Positions 1 to 13,000 of a DNA stretch of 64,000 nt are shown here, in pieces. The stretch lies in NCBI GenBank assembly GCA_030704615.1, contig CM060733.1, positions 57,784,001 to 57,848,000 of the forward strand. Reading direction: 5' to 3'. Numbering within the stretch: the stretch's first letter is position 1; every line of letters starts with the position of its first letter. A program made the translations under genes and the position numbers. The stretch is from Takakia lepidozioides. Taxonomy: Eukaryota; Plantae; Bryophyta. Below the pieces are notes generated by a model. The model worked only from the letters and a program-made list of their open reading frames with translations. It made no database searches and had not been told where the DNA came from.

Positions 1-24
1 GGGGAGTTCAGAGATGTGACTCAC

Positions 25-3000
25 CCGTACCCTGACCAAGGGCAGCACGGCTTCTGGTCGGCCCACAGTCTTCTCAGCCGCTTTTGCTATTAAGTCATTT
101 ACCTGTCACCACAATTATTTTCTTCGTGGTAGTTATAGGTCTGCCTATTGCAACAATAGCAAAGAATAGTCATGGCATAGAGGTTTGAATGTATACTTTG
201 GTAATTGACATGGCAGATCACATTGCAAAACTCGAGACTTAACTGACACACTAGAGCCTGGTGCTTTGGAGAATTAATGAAATGGGCTACTGAAACACTT
301 ACCACTTTTCCCAAATGCCCAAGAACAGCAGTTTGATCATTAGGGTCCAGATCAGGCTCAACCTTCAGTGAAACCTAAAGAGCACGCCACAGCAGCAATG
401 ACAAGAAGGTTGGAAAATATGGTCAGCTTTTAAAAAATACAAATTGCCAATCTTTCAAACTGTAAATTACACCAAAGCAAAACTATCAAAGAATACTTCA
501 AGTGTCTGCCAATCTGGACTTCCTGTACAGACCGGACACAAAGGGGAGCAACAAAGAAAATGTGGACATCCAGCAGTATTAACACTTGTCCATCTCTGTC
601 TCTGAGAATGCAGATATGTATGACTCACATCAGCAAATTCAAAAGGTCTCACAGATTGTAGTGGGATCTTTGTTGGGCGGTACTGGCTCCCCTGCATCGA
701 CAGGTAAAGGGATCATGAGAGACATTGGATTCAAGTGACATCAAGCTCAATGTAACCCAGAGCCTTTAAATACATGTCTTCAATGCGATGATAGTGGATG
801 GGCCGCCCTTGTCCTTTCATCCTTGTTTAATGCACGGTTCTTTTCTTTGCCCCAGAGACACTGCTACAGAAGCACAAACATCAGTCCATGATTCCTATGG
901 AACAGGACCCCTGTCGTGTCACATATGCATCTAAGGTCTACATAGACATCACTCCACAACAATTTTCCTGATCAGTGCTTGAACTTAGGAATAATCAACC
1001 ATGGAGATGCAGACCTTGATCTCTAGAAGGAGAACATGCTTGGGCTTGGCTTCCCCATCAATGAGTGATGTAGCCACTGAGGAGCCTGGCTGTGTCACAT
1101 GGAAGCCCATTCCGAGCACTTCCTGCATGCTACCGCGATACTCCAACATTTAGAGCGCTGTTTTCCACTCCAATTGTAAGCAAGTTTGGAGATTAGCCTA
1201 GGCCAAAATCACCTGATCGTGAACATGCATAACACACCCAGTTAAGGCACACAGGATTGAATCAAAACAATCTCTTCAACAATGAAGATCCAACGGCTAA
1301 CTCTTCAATTTCATGGCACCCATTGCCTTCCCACCATATGCAAAGACCAAATCTTGGATGCTAGGACCCTGACCAGGTGTGCACTTTTCAACCTAGACTA
1401 ATCAATGAACATGCTTTCAAAAATTAAGACTACGCCTGAGGGAGTAAGCTCCTCACTTACTTGGAAACCAGCATGGACAAATATTTCATCAAATATGAAG
1501 GAAGACCTGCATAAATATTCTCTCCCATCCACAAGTAGTCCCCAATGTTCTCAGGGGGGCTATGTAGCTGAAGCAAAGAATAGTACCTGTGGATCTATAC
1601 GACACTCATGCTCATGGCCCCAGATGACAAAGTCCAGGAATCGTGCCAGAAAGTGCTCATTGATGGCGTTCCTTGGATTTGCCTTAACTCTGACAAAGAC
1701 AGCAATTTTGGGACAGTAGAACCTGATTCAGTGCCAAAAACTAACTCTACATTGATATGCACATCTCTTCTTGAGATCAGCCAAGCTGTTTGAGTCCACA
1801 CACATGTAGCATAAGAACACAGAGATTATGGAGACAGCCTCCACAGGTTCACAAGAATGTGTAGATGTCGGATGAAGAATGTCTGGCAGAAAGATGTCAC
1901 ATACTCTGATTGATGCATGACCCAAGGCCAGTGCAATTGATATCTGTGACCATCCTAAAGACCAGGTTGACATGCACATCCACCCTCTTCTTACTACCAA
2001 CGTCAGCCCCTGACAGAGGTAGGTTCTGTCCCTTTTGTTCCCGCTCAAACTGGGCGCGGGGTCAATGGCCACAAGGCTACGGCAAACAACGTCTTATGAG
2101 TACAATCTTCAGGTAGCGATATGTATCAGGGGAGGAGAACAGAGAGACGAGACACCTGTTTTGATGCAGGACAAAGATGTTGAACCACTCTGAGGCAGGG
2201 CAGCCTTCCTGGCTTTCAGGTCGAATCCATTGCACTCCGTGTGGGGTCTACATGTGACAAGCACTCATGATATTTTATCTTCTTTCTCTCCTTTTATAAA
2301 TCTCAGACCACTATATTTCTTGAACCGAGCTTCTACTTTGAAGTTGTTTACAGCTTCTTTTGGTTTCCAGTTGAACTGTACTGTATTTTGCTAGACATGA
2401 TCAAAGTGTCCACCAAGGTACAAGGGGCACAACCAAAGAAGCTAACGATGTGTGCAGCCACAGGTAAGAATGAAATTCCATGGTTTGGTTTCAGACCTGG
2501 AACATGCGGTTAAGACGCTCATCACGGATGTTCCCAAGGCCATATAAAGCGACTTTAGTTGAGCCCTGGGGATACCCCACAAAACCCACAAGATAGATCA
2601 CTACAGTTGAAATCTCCAGCTGGAGGTGAAATACATTGAAGAAAATTACACATTCCCTCTTTCTACAGTCTTGAGTTACAGGATGAATGTCATGTCCAAC
2701 TGTGGTGGTTTATCGAAAACAGTCTAAAGGCTGTTAGAGGTAGATGTGTCACCCCAACGATATAACCACTTGCAGAGAAAGCCAGAAATTCACTAGTCCA
2801 CTGACCAGAATGAAGCTCACCTTGCGTAAGAGAATTGGATGTAATGTGATTTGCCCCACTCCAGTCCCCCCTAGCACCACCTTCCCAAAATAATTGACCA
2901 GATTGCAGGCAGCCAGAATATCTATTGCTGACAAATTATCCTGAAAATGACAACCAGAATCAATAACAGAATTAAAATAGTCAGGGACATGACTCTGCTG

Positions 3001-4028
3001 GGGCAGAAAACATAGAGTCTAGTCATCTACCTGAAGAAAGGCAAACATGCAATTTAATAACGGCAACATATCATACGCACCACACCAGCTGGATCGTCAT
3101 GGTTTCCATGAATAGTGAAGACAGGCAAACCCACATTGAAGTTGGGGTCCTCATAGTTGACATGTCCAAATCTTCACAAAACACAAATCGGACAAAAGAG
3201 CAAGTTGATAATATACCGATTATCATCAGATTGCGCAATCATCAATATAACACCCTACAAAATCTTCAAGTAAAGTTGACAATCCAACCAGTCTTACTAA
3301 CATCATATGTTTCCGCCCAAACCACCATGACTTCTGGGTTGGTGGTTTTCCCACAGTAATGTGGAGTATTGATGCCACTATCAGTACGCTTTTGCTGCAT
3401 CTCTTTTTAAGAGTGTGCTGCGGAAGATGCCTTGTGAAGGGGTTTGTGATGGACTGCTGCAAACATCATCACAAAGCTGCCAACACAATTATGGAATATC
3501 AAATGATCATCCTGCATGATGTAGCAAAGAGAAAAAGGTAGCAGAGCATACATGTTAGGAAAGTTGATGGTCTGATCACTAACAACTTGAAATTGGACTG
3601 GTCGGTCACTGAGGCAGAATCTTCGTAGAATCTCAATGGTTCTCACCAATGTGGATCTGGAAGGCTTGTTTTCATGGAATAGATCTCCTCCTAAGAGCAG
3701 AAAATCAACCTGTATGCCACAGCCTCCACCATGGTTCACCAAGAAACTTCCGGCCTTGCTCTTTCTCCTGCTCTTCTCTGTCATCTCTCCCTCCCCCTCA
3801 CAGAAATCTCAAATTATGCAGATGACACCCAAAACCTTGTGAAGCAGCCATGGAAAATATACAAACCTCAGCAGAAGTTCCAATAAAGAGAATTGTACAC
3901 ACCTCGCGCTGTGAGGCAATTGAGCAGATCTCATCAAAGGCATTGAATGAATCATGTCCGCGCACTTCATCTTTTTCCATATAACCCAAATGGCAGTCAG
4001 TGGCTACCAGAACCCGGAGTGTATCCAT
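25..4028 (-). CDS. MRE11: Double-strand break repair nuclease MRE11 (5' part; gene continues past the left edge)
   Basis: Hand-spliced GT-AG exons: 4028-3903 (exon acceptor at 4038), 3709-3552, 3171-3081, 2940-2821, 2565-2497, 2247-2156, 1689-1587, 1122-1015, 691-629, 374-303, 102-25. The protein has the MRE11 phosphoesterase motifs [49 protein letters not shown] and LPLVRVR. A short upstream coding exon cannot be excluded. Confidence 0.97.
1989..2108 (+). mobile_element. LINE family A, 120-bp 3' end, in an MRE11 intron
   Basis: Identical to the reverse complement of 46726-46845. Confidence 0.85.
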
Positions 4029-5977
4029 ATCTGCCGACCTGCACAGAAATCAGCATCCACACATCATGTTCTCAGAAATCATGGTTCCCAGGTTCCATTG
4101 TCAAGAGTCAACTTGTCTTCATTCTTCCTCAAACCGTCAGCAACAAGCTCTCCAAGTGGCTTTGGAGCTTGTTGGGCTTGTTGGGCTGACAACCTTGCTA
4201 CTAAATCTTGGAATGAATGGGGCCTCCAAAGAAGATAACCGACAGGGTCCAGCGTTTAAAAGGGAGGATCTACTCATTAAACATACTAAGGGAAGAAAGG
4301 GTCCACCCTGCAAATATAGCCCACGCGACTAATGACTGAAATCTTCCACCTCTCAAGATGCAAAACTCGAGGTTTAGGCACATTTTTCGGGTGTCATGAA
4401 GTTTCCTCAAGTGTATCTTTAACGAGTGTTCTGGACTGCGGTAATCATCTTTTGAAATCCAGGGCACTCAATCTCCCCAAATTACTTAGCACATTGATAC
4501 GCTGCACCAATTACGACATCAAATGCAATATGCATGCACGCTGTCATGAGCTGTAAATAGGCGGCTTGTGACGCATCTACGAGAGCCATCCTCCGTGCAA
4601 TGGTACTTCGCACTGGAGGCCCTTCCCGGTTGTAAATAAGGGATAGTCAACCGAGTGTATGAACATAGAAAATGCATATAATCTTTCAATCAGAAACACT
4701 GGAAATCTCATCTGCGTGCAGAGATGGGTTGGTGAGATAACAGGGACAGCAAGAGATACACACAAAAGTGTAAAAGAGAGAAACACCCACATAAGGGTAT
4801 GCCGCCAAGGAAACACGAATTGCTGCAACAAGGTTCACTTGTAGATTATTTGCTGGAATTCTTCCTGTTGAAAGTGGCTCGGGTTGAGTCTGCCCCACCT
4901 CCCTCTCTGTAGCTCTTTTCGCAACTCAACAGCGGAAAAACACAAATGGCATGGCGAAATTCCTTCTCTCTCTCTGTCCACTCTAGAAATAGCAGTCCGC
5001 ACCCTTTTCAAAAGAGTGAGAGAAGGTTTTCGGATTGTGAATTTCGAGAAGGGTACGAATTCAAGGTGATCCCACGAGACTATGTCTGAAACGTGTTTCC
5101 TTCAGTACGTTCTGTTGCTGCGGCTGATTGGGTTCATCACGTTGGCAATGAGCGTGAACTCAGTCATGGATTCCCATGCAAAGATAAAAGTTTCTTTGAA
5201 ATCCGCAGTCATCTTCCCGCATTCAAACATCCCTGCAGGCAACTACTACCGACAGGTGTTTTCATAAAGTAGATCTACGGAGAAGGACGTGGTCACCCCA
5301 TCTGACCCTATCATCGTCAAGAGGGACCCAGGCTCGTGATGCTGTCCGTGAAAGAATTCGCACCCCCTTTCGAGCCCACAACATACGACACCAGAGACAC
5401 TGTTGAGCGGGCCCTGTCAGCATCGTTCATCCAGTAGCGTCCTTCCATCCCTGTGAGAGGAGATAGAGTTCCGAGAGATGGAGGGGCGGACATGGAAATG
5501 ACTGTTTCTTATGAAGGATCCGGGGGACAGCAGTGTTACGCTTTGGCCGTCTAACTACGTTTCTTCGAGGCTCAACAATGCGTCGCAATGCTTAGAGGTG
5601 AGTGTTCACCCCAGGGATTTTTTGAAATGGCATTACGGGGTGAGGAGAGTTCAATCCTAGTGGAAAGTATTCAGACTGGAGTCGTCCTCGAATGGATCAC
5701 TGCAAAGAACCTTGAGATCCGGAAATGACAGAAAACGGACGTTTTCAGCTGCAGCTCTCGCCTGTAAGAACAAACATTAGGGGTAGGCCGGTAGACTGAT
5801 TGCACAGTTTGTCTCAAGGATACATCTCTATGTCCCAAGCCTAAGCCCTAGCCTTAAACCCCGAGCTGTAGCACATGGATCTTTTGCACTTCTACATTTT
5901 GAGGGGATCAGGTTGATATCATTTTTGATGACGTACTTGGATTGGGGTTGCATTTCATCTATTTCCACTTGTAATGG

Positions 5978-5978
<1 letters not shown>

Positions 5979-6018
<40 letters not shown>
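5979..6018. repeat. Compound microsatellite (CT)8(CA)12
   Basis: Read directly from the sequence. Confidence 0.95.
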
Positions 6019-6319
6019 TGAGTGTGTGTGTATTACGCTCAACAGCTGGTTTTAGGGATTAGTTTATATACCGTAGCGCTTACAGGACCAGCTACGAAGT
6101 TTATAAGTCGAGCTATGTTTTCCAAACGGTAGCACGTTATGGAGCCAAGACACACAATTTGCAGCTGACTGAAGGACAATGATCTTGCTATTCGTTTTTT
6201 GGCTGTAACTCTCATAATATTCAGGAATGGATGTGCGATGGGTCACTTCTTCTTTGTGAATGTGTAGTCACGAACAGAGCTGAGATGGGCTTACTTTGGT
6301 GCAGTGTATATAATTAACC

Positions 6320-9164
6320 ATGCTCCGGAGAGGGCCCCTTTTTGATGCTGGGGCCACATCAGGGGGGCATATGGCCAGGCTACTTCATGCTTCTGAAGAT
6401 TTAATCAAGTCATTGGTCGTCCTGAGGAGAAATGGGACCCATGACTTTGTTCCTGTTTTGAAGTGCCAGGCGATTGTTAGAAGTTCGCAAACCCAAAAAT
6501 TTGCTTCGAACCAGGCACATATCCTGCTTTCAGAGCTAACAGAGACTAGCTCCTTTGTTGAAAAGAGAGAGAGGTCATGCAACGAGCCCCCTCACAACAT
6601 GTCTTCCATTGGAGAATCCCACTGTCTCTTTGCAATAGGAGATTTACAACCACAGAATGGTTGTATGACTCCCTCGCCCAGGGCGTGTGCTAGCCCTTGC
6701 GACCACAGGCCTATCTCATTGCTACCCTCTGTTCGTGCTGTAGCTTCATCAGGTCATGTCTTCTCACTGAACAGGAGGCTTTTGGCACCCACCCATGCTC
6801 GGATATTGGAGAGGATGTTGCATACAAGCAGGACAAGGGCATATACTTCAATGATTGACATGGAAGGTGACAGCTGTGTGAGTGAACCCGTAGAAATGGC
6901 TCGTGAAGATCGCAGCTCTGATGAAAAAGCTGATAGGATTCTTGAACTGTTAAAGGAATGGGGTCCAAATACCCCGGAGGCTTTGGAGAAGTTGGGGCTG
7001 CAGCTGGATCCTTTCATAATGTGCCGGGTGCTGAAGAAAAGAGTTAAGGCAGAGGCTGCTTGGGAGTTCTTCAAGTGGGCAAAACATCAGGAAAACTATG
7101 ATCACAATGTGTACACATACACTGCTATGATTAATCTGTTGGGGAAGGGTAAAATGTACTCAGAGATTGAGACAGTCGTGGCAGAAATGGCGGAGGTGGG
7201 CTGCGCAATGACCGTTGTAACTTATACAGCTCTTATGCATTGGTATCATCACGCCAAGAATCTGGAGGCAGTCCGACAAGTTTGGCAGAACATGCAGCAG
7301 CAAGGTATCAAACCCAATGTGGTTACATACACCACTTTCATCAATGCCCTTGTCAAGGGAGGATGCCACCGTGCAGCTATGGACATATATAAGCAAATGC
7401 AAGAGTCTGGCTGCCCGCCAAACATCTTTACATACACAGTTTTGATATATAGCCTTGTGCAAGCCGGGAAACTGGACGCCGCCACTGACATCTTCGAGAC
7501 ATTGGGGGAGCTTCGGTGCCGACCCAGTTGCATCACATATTCCTTGCTCATTGGAGCTCATGCCAAAGCAGGCAATGCAGACAAGTCCCTTTCCATCTAC
7601 AAGATAATGAGGGATACTCGCCTGAAATCCTCGTATGAGATGCGTAACTCAGTGGCTAGAGCTTTGCGTGCAGCTGGCAGGGAGTCTGAAGCTGAGAAGG
7701 TTCTTTCAGATAGAGATTCTGCTGTGGTTGCAGGATTAGAATTGACCAGTACTTCAACTAACAATGGTGGAAGCAAGAGTTTGAACACCGGCGGGCAACT
7801 CAGGGAGCATGTCACAACAAATAAAACGGCAACTGGAGATTCCATGATTAGTCCAGAAGATTTGAATAAATCTGTTCCTCTGCCGAAGCCAGAGAAGCTT
7901 GCAGAAATGCTGCAAGCTGGTGGACCAGACATGGACAATGTTCTTGAACTCGTGAAGTTAAGACTCAAAGCTCCCTATGTCATGAATGTTTTGAAACAAC
8001 TGAGGAAGGAGCCGGATGTGGCATGGAAATTCTATAAGTGGGCAAAAGCTCAGGAAGGATACAACCACACCCAGTACACATACACCAAAATGTTGGACAT
8101 TCTTGGACAGGCTGCGAAGCGAGGGAACCCTGAGTTGATGGGTGAGATGCTTGCTGAAGTGGAGCAAGAGGATAATGCTAATACAGTCACCTACAATGCC
8201 ATCATAAGGTGGTACAGCAGTACCAATTCTACTGCGGCAGCTCTCCAGGTTGGGTTGCTAATGAAGCTCTCCTGTATGTGTGTTTAGCAATTAAGGTTTT
8301 TGAGTAGCATATGATTGTGCTAATGTGAACTCCCTAATCACCTCTCTCTCCCTCTCCCTATCCCTCTCCCTCTAGAGTCCAAACAGAAGAGCCAAAGTAA
8401 GGGGGATGGGTGTTGACACAATGCATATAGCCCTCTTCCTGGAGACAAATATGACACTTGTTTATGAGTCCACCTTTGTCTTTGTCCCTCTTGCTCCTGG
8501 ATACTTCTTCTCCCTGTGGTCCTGATGTGTTTTGAGTCTTTCTGGAAGTTTAGGGCTCCGCATTGACATTTTTAAATGGGTACCCCAGGTATTCGGTCAA
8601 ATGAAAGAACGGGCTGGTTGTGAGCCAAATGAAGTTACATATACAATGCTCGTTGACTTGCTATCAAGAACCCGGAAACTTGACCAGGCAATGGCGATGT
8701 ACGGGCAAATGCAGCTCGCCAACTGTACACCCTCCGTGCAGACATTCACTGTGCTGATTCACAGCCTAGCAAAATCTGGGAAAGTCAAAGAGGCACAAAC
8801 TCAATTTGATGAAATGCCTTCAATGGGGTGCCCGCCGAATGTTGTGCATTACACAGCCCTGATGCAAGCATATGCCAAGCGAGGGGACATCGACAATACA
8901 TTGAAGCTTTATGAAAGCATGAGAGGGGCAGGTATCAAACCAACACGGATCACTCTCAAAGTGGTGGCCAAAGGGCTTCGTGGTGCAGGAAGGTCTGACG
9001 AGGCTGATAATCTTTCACTGTACATGCCCTATTTGCAAGACTCTATGTTAAAGGAGGAAGACCCCACGGGGATTGCCAGGGCGCAGAAGGCCGTGGGCGA
9101 TATAATTTCCAGGAATCTTCCTGAAATTGACAGTATGCAAGCTCTGGTTCATACTCCAACTTAG
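6320..9164 (+). CDS. P-class pentatricopeptide repeat protein, probably organelle-targeted (resembles Arabidopsis At2g01390-type PPRs, from memory)
   Basis: Exon 1 6320-8248 (CAG|GT) and exon 2 8589-9164 (CAG|GTA) join in frame as ALQ-VFGQ. There are ten 35-aa PPR motifs (VTYT...G..P[ND]) and a long Ser/Arg-rich N-terminal extension. Confidence 0.93.
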
Positions 9165-10040
9165 GCTTGGAAATATTAGGCTCTTTCTTTGCAGGCTTGG
9201 CAGCTGCACTCCAATCAAGACAACTATGGTAGCAAAGTTTGTTGATGGTTATTTTCTGAACTTCAATAGCTACCATCGAGCAAATCAAATTCTAGATCTT
9301 CTTTGCCAGAGGAGAGGAGAGAAAAATCCCAGTGGCTGTTTGCAAGGGATTGAAAGTTTTGAGAGAGAATTCCTGTCACGGTGTATGAAATTCAACCACA
9401 AAGTCACTTCTGCCTCAGCTGTTCACCATTGTAACCGTTCTGATCATGTCAGGGTGGGCTTTGGTGGCTTCCACTGATGCATCTGATCCACCACATAAAA
9501 CACCACAGTTACATGAATCTGAAGTTGTACGGTGAGTCCTACAGGCAAGCAACCAAGCCTGACAATTCAGCAGTTTTAAGTACCTCGTGACAAAGTCACT
9601 CGGTTAGCATGTCGCTATGAGCTCTGATGTCCATGAGTAGCCTACAGCAGCCCGTTGACGAGGTGTTCGACTCAAGCTACTCGAATGTCCTTCCTGGATA
9701 CCTCTGCACCAACAAACCTTAAGTCAAGAAGTTTCATTTGTCAAGCGCTCGTGTCGGTCTTGTTCGTTTTCTCAAATCGGTGAAGGATCGTCGATTTTCT
9801 CCAACGTTTCCGTCCATCAGAAAGACAGAGTGCTCTTCCCCTCTCTCTCACTTCTTTGTTTCAAGTTGCAAACCGCATTTGCGTTCTCCTCACTGCTTCC
9901 AAGCCGAGGCATTACGCCGGAAACCATTCTCAAAGTTCTATAACCCATTGTTGTGTCATTCATGTGATATATAGGCAGGGCTGGTGAAGGAAGTTTGTAA
10001 AGGGTGTAATCATAGGGTTCCAGACGCTCAAAAATCTTCA

Positions 10041-13000
10041 ATGGGTTATGGATTTCTACAAAAGTTTGCTTCGAACGTTGCCAGGCATATCACCACTCAA
10101 CGAATCTCGATTGTTGGGCGATTGAATTGCACCGGGGGGAATCTTGTAAGGGCAACGTTCAACGCAGATGCTAGTGTGATCCACACAGATGTTGCTGAAA
10201 TTAAACCTGTTACTGGTTCAAATTCTGCTGCACAGGCAATTATTGTGGAGATTCAACCTGAAACTGTTTCTTCTTCCCAAAACAATGCAAAAGAGAAAGG
10301 GCAACAAGCAGGGGTGGCAGGTAAGTTAGCACAAGCAATGCCCATTCCAACAGAGGTGTCTATTGCAGACAAGAATGAAGAGGCACAGAGAGAGACAGGG
10401 TTTAGAGTTTCATCATCTGCAGCAGCATCACAGATCGACGGGAAGAGTTCGGTGGATTCAAGAGAAACAGCCAAATTTGCCGCAATTGCTGCCACATGGT
10501 AATCTATTCCTACCCCGATTCTCTCCTGCATCTTGGCTGGCAACCTGTACGATCAGTGGATACTCCAGGCATCATGGGTGACAAGCATAGAAGACTGGGC
10601 CACTTTGTGATGGCAGGCCTGTAAATTGAGCGGCTTGGATCAATTGACAAATCCAGCTAAAAGTAGACCTTGTGAGACAGCCACTGAGTTTTATCACTTG
10701 TTTCTTCAATTTCGACCACTTCTAGGGAGTCTTAGTCACTGTCATTCAAGTGCCCGATTCCCAGGTGCTGCTTCTTGGCTTGTAGATGTTCAATCTACGT
10801 TCTGTAGTTTATCCCCAGCAAGATCCAAGCTGTTTTCAATTTGGTAGTAAGAAGAGTATTCAAGTTGAAAATTGTTGACGGGTTAATGGTGTCAACGACT
10901 AACAACTGTCACACTTAGATGTTTGGATTCAGAACCTCTTGACATAATGCCATGGGGTTTCGGCTGGACTTTGCAGGTGGGATCATAATGGGCCTTACAA
11001 GCCATTGCATACAATGAATCCGACTAGAGTTGCATTCGTCCGCTCAGCACTCTGTCGGCACTTGAGGTTTGAAAACTTGGCAGATATGTTCCTGTTGTCT
11101 TCATTTTGTTCTCTCATGTTCTCACATTCCAATCAATAAGACATTTGTGTTTCAAGTCCAGTTAGAGTACAGTTTACTGTCGCAAAGGGGCTGTAATGCT
11201 TGGGAAGGAGATAGCACTTTCAGATTGAAATGGTCACCAACCAGGCGGCGTAACATTCTGTGCAGGCAGTCTTCTGCATGTATGTAGCAGCACAGTGTGA
11301 CTTTTTTGTTGTCATTCTATCTCTCTATCCCTATTCTTAGCAGAGTACTTATAGCTTAGTATCCCAATGGCTAGATGGTGGTATTGGTCAGCACACGTCT
11401 TGCAGATAATACAGACAGTGCATTACTTCTTAGTAGTGTTACATGCTTTTCTCATCTGGCCTTCAATACTTGCTGGTTATGAATCACCATATGGTATGCA
11501 GGAAGGATGCTAACAATGCACGGCCATTGGAGGGGCTTGAAATTGTCGATGTGGGTTGTGGAGGTGGACTTGTCTGTGAAGTAAGTTATTTAATTTTGGT
11601 CTCCTTGAAGACAAAGCTTATGAGATTGGATGGAAGAAATGGCTATAGGGGGATATGTCGAGAGAAGTGCCTAATGTGGGTAAGCTGCCAATTATTCCTG
11701 GAGAATGTACTCATAAGACATTGTTTGTCATAGCCTTGTGCCATAGACCCCGCGCCCAGTTTGGGCGGAACAACAGGGAACAGATTTTTGTGAGGGGCTC
11801 ACAGACTTACCTTGATATAAACAATTTGTTCAGGCTTTCCAGATTTTCTCTAGAAATCTCTTCATGCAAGCATCAATCCGCTGTGTGTGATCAGCCCAGC
11901 AGCTAGACCCCAACAGGGCCAGGGCTTGAGGCTCATCAGCATCGAGATTTTGAAAGTTGGTGAACAGAGGTGTAGGGACTATGTCCTTGATGGTCTTGAA
12001 GAGGGTTGCTCTCTGATGAGAAAGGAGAGAAAGAAAGAAAGATGGAAGTTTATAATGTGTGCAGGAGATCCAAAGGACTCAGAGGACATAGAATAAACAG
12101 AACCATAGAACTTCTTGGGCGCTGTGACCATACAGCATCAAACCAAATAACCACTAAAATGTGGCCTGAAAGACAGAGAGATGTGCCGTTGCACTTTACC
12201 AATTCTCCCAATCTAAATCAGAATTCACCCAATTAGGCAGGTTTGTAGATCCTCGAGCTTAAAATTAAGTTCTGATTTGCCTGGATTCTTGTGATGTTCA
12301 GCCTCTGGCAAGAATGGGAGGACGAGTGACAGGTATCGATGCCGTGGAGGAGAACATTGGTGTGGCCTCTGTGCATGCGGTCTCTCTCTTCACCTTGCTC
12401 TATTACGAACTCTCTGGTCTCAGACACCTTGGTGGGCTCAAACCCTACAACTGGCTCGGGGAGGGTTAGTAGAGACTGCTCGTTACGTGTGGTATCCCCA
12501 ACGTTTGCAGGGAATGGTCAATGAGGATATCTTTTTGAGGATACTTGTGTGACTTCCGTTGGAACCAAGTAAATATAGAGTTTAGTCATTCGGATGCTTT
12601 CAATTGGAGCCCGAGCAACTTTGCTCAACTCACTTCAGTGGTCCTTGAGTACAGATTTGACATGTTGAAGATGGGGCTTGATGGACTTGGGCTCAGGCAA
12701 GGGACCCAGCCACTGCATCCATCAAGTATTTGTGTACCACAGCTGGTATGTCTTTCTAGCTTGTTGCTGTATCATAATGTAATCATCCATAATAAGTGTT
12801 TTTAATTATGTGGACACTTCTTTCAGGATCACATTACATTTGTGTCTGCAACCAGTCCCATTGAAGCTCGATTTCAGAAATTGGACATCGTTGTTCTTTG
12901 GGAGAGCTAACACAACTTGATGCCAAGAGTATCACTCATCAGTAGGGGTTATTTCCTCTGCCTCAAATACTGCAGGTCTATAAACCTGTGTATAATCGTA

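Noticed and set aside
9590-9690. tRNA gene (GTTCGACTC)
   Set aside because: No cloverleaf or acceptor stem.
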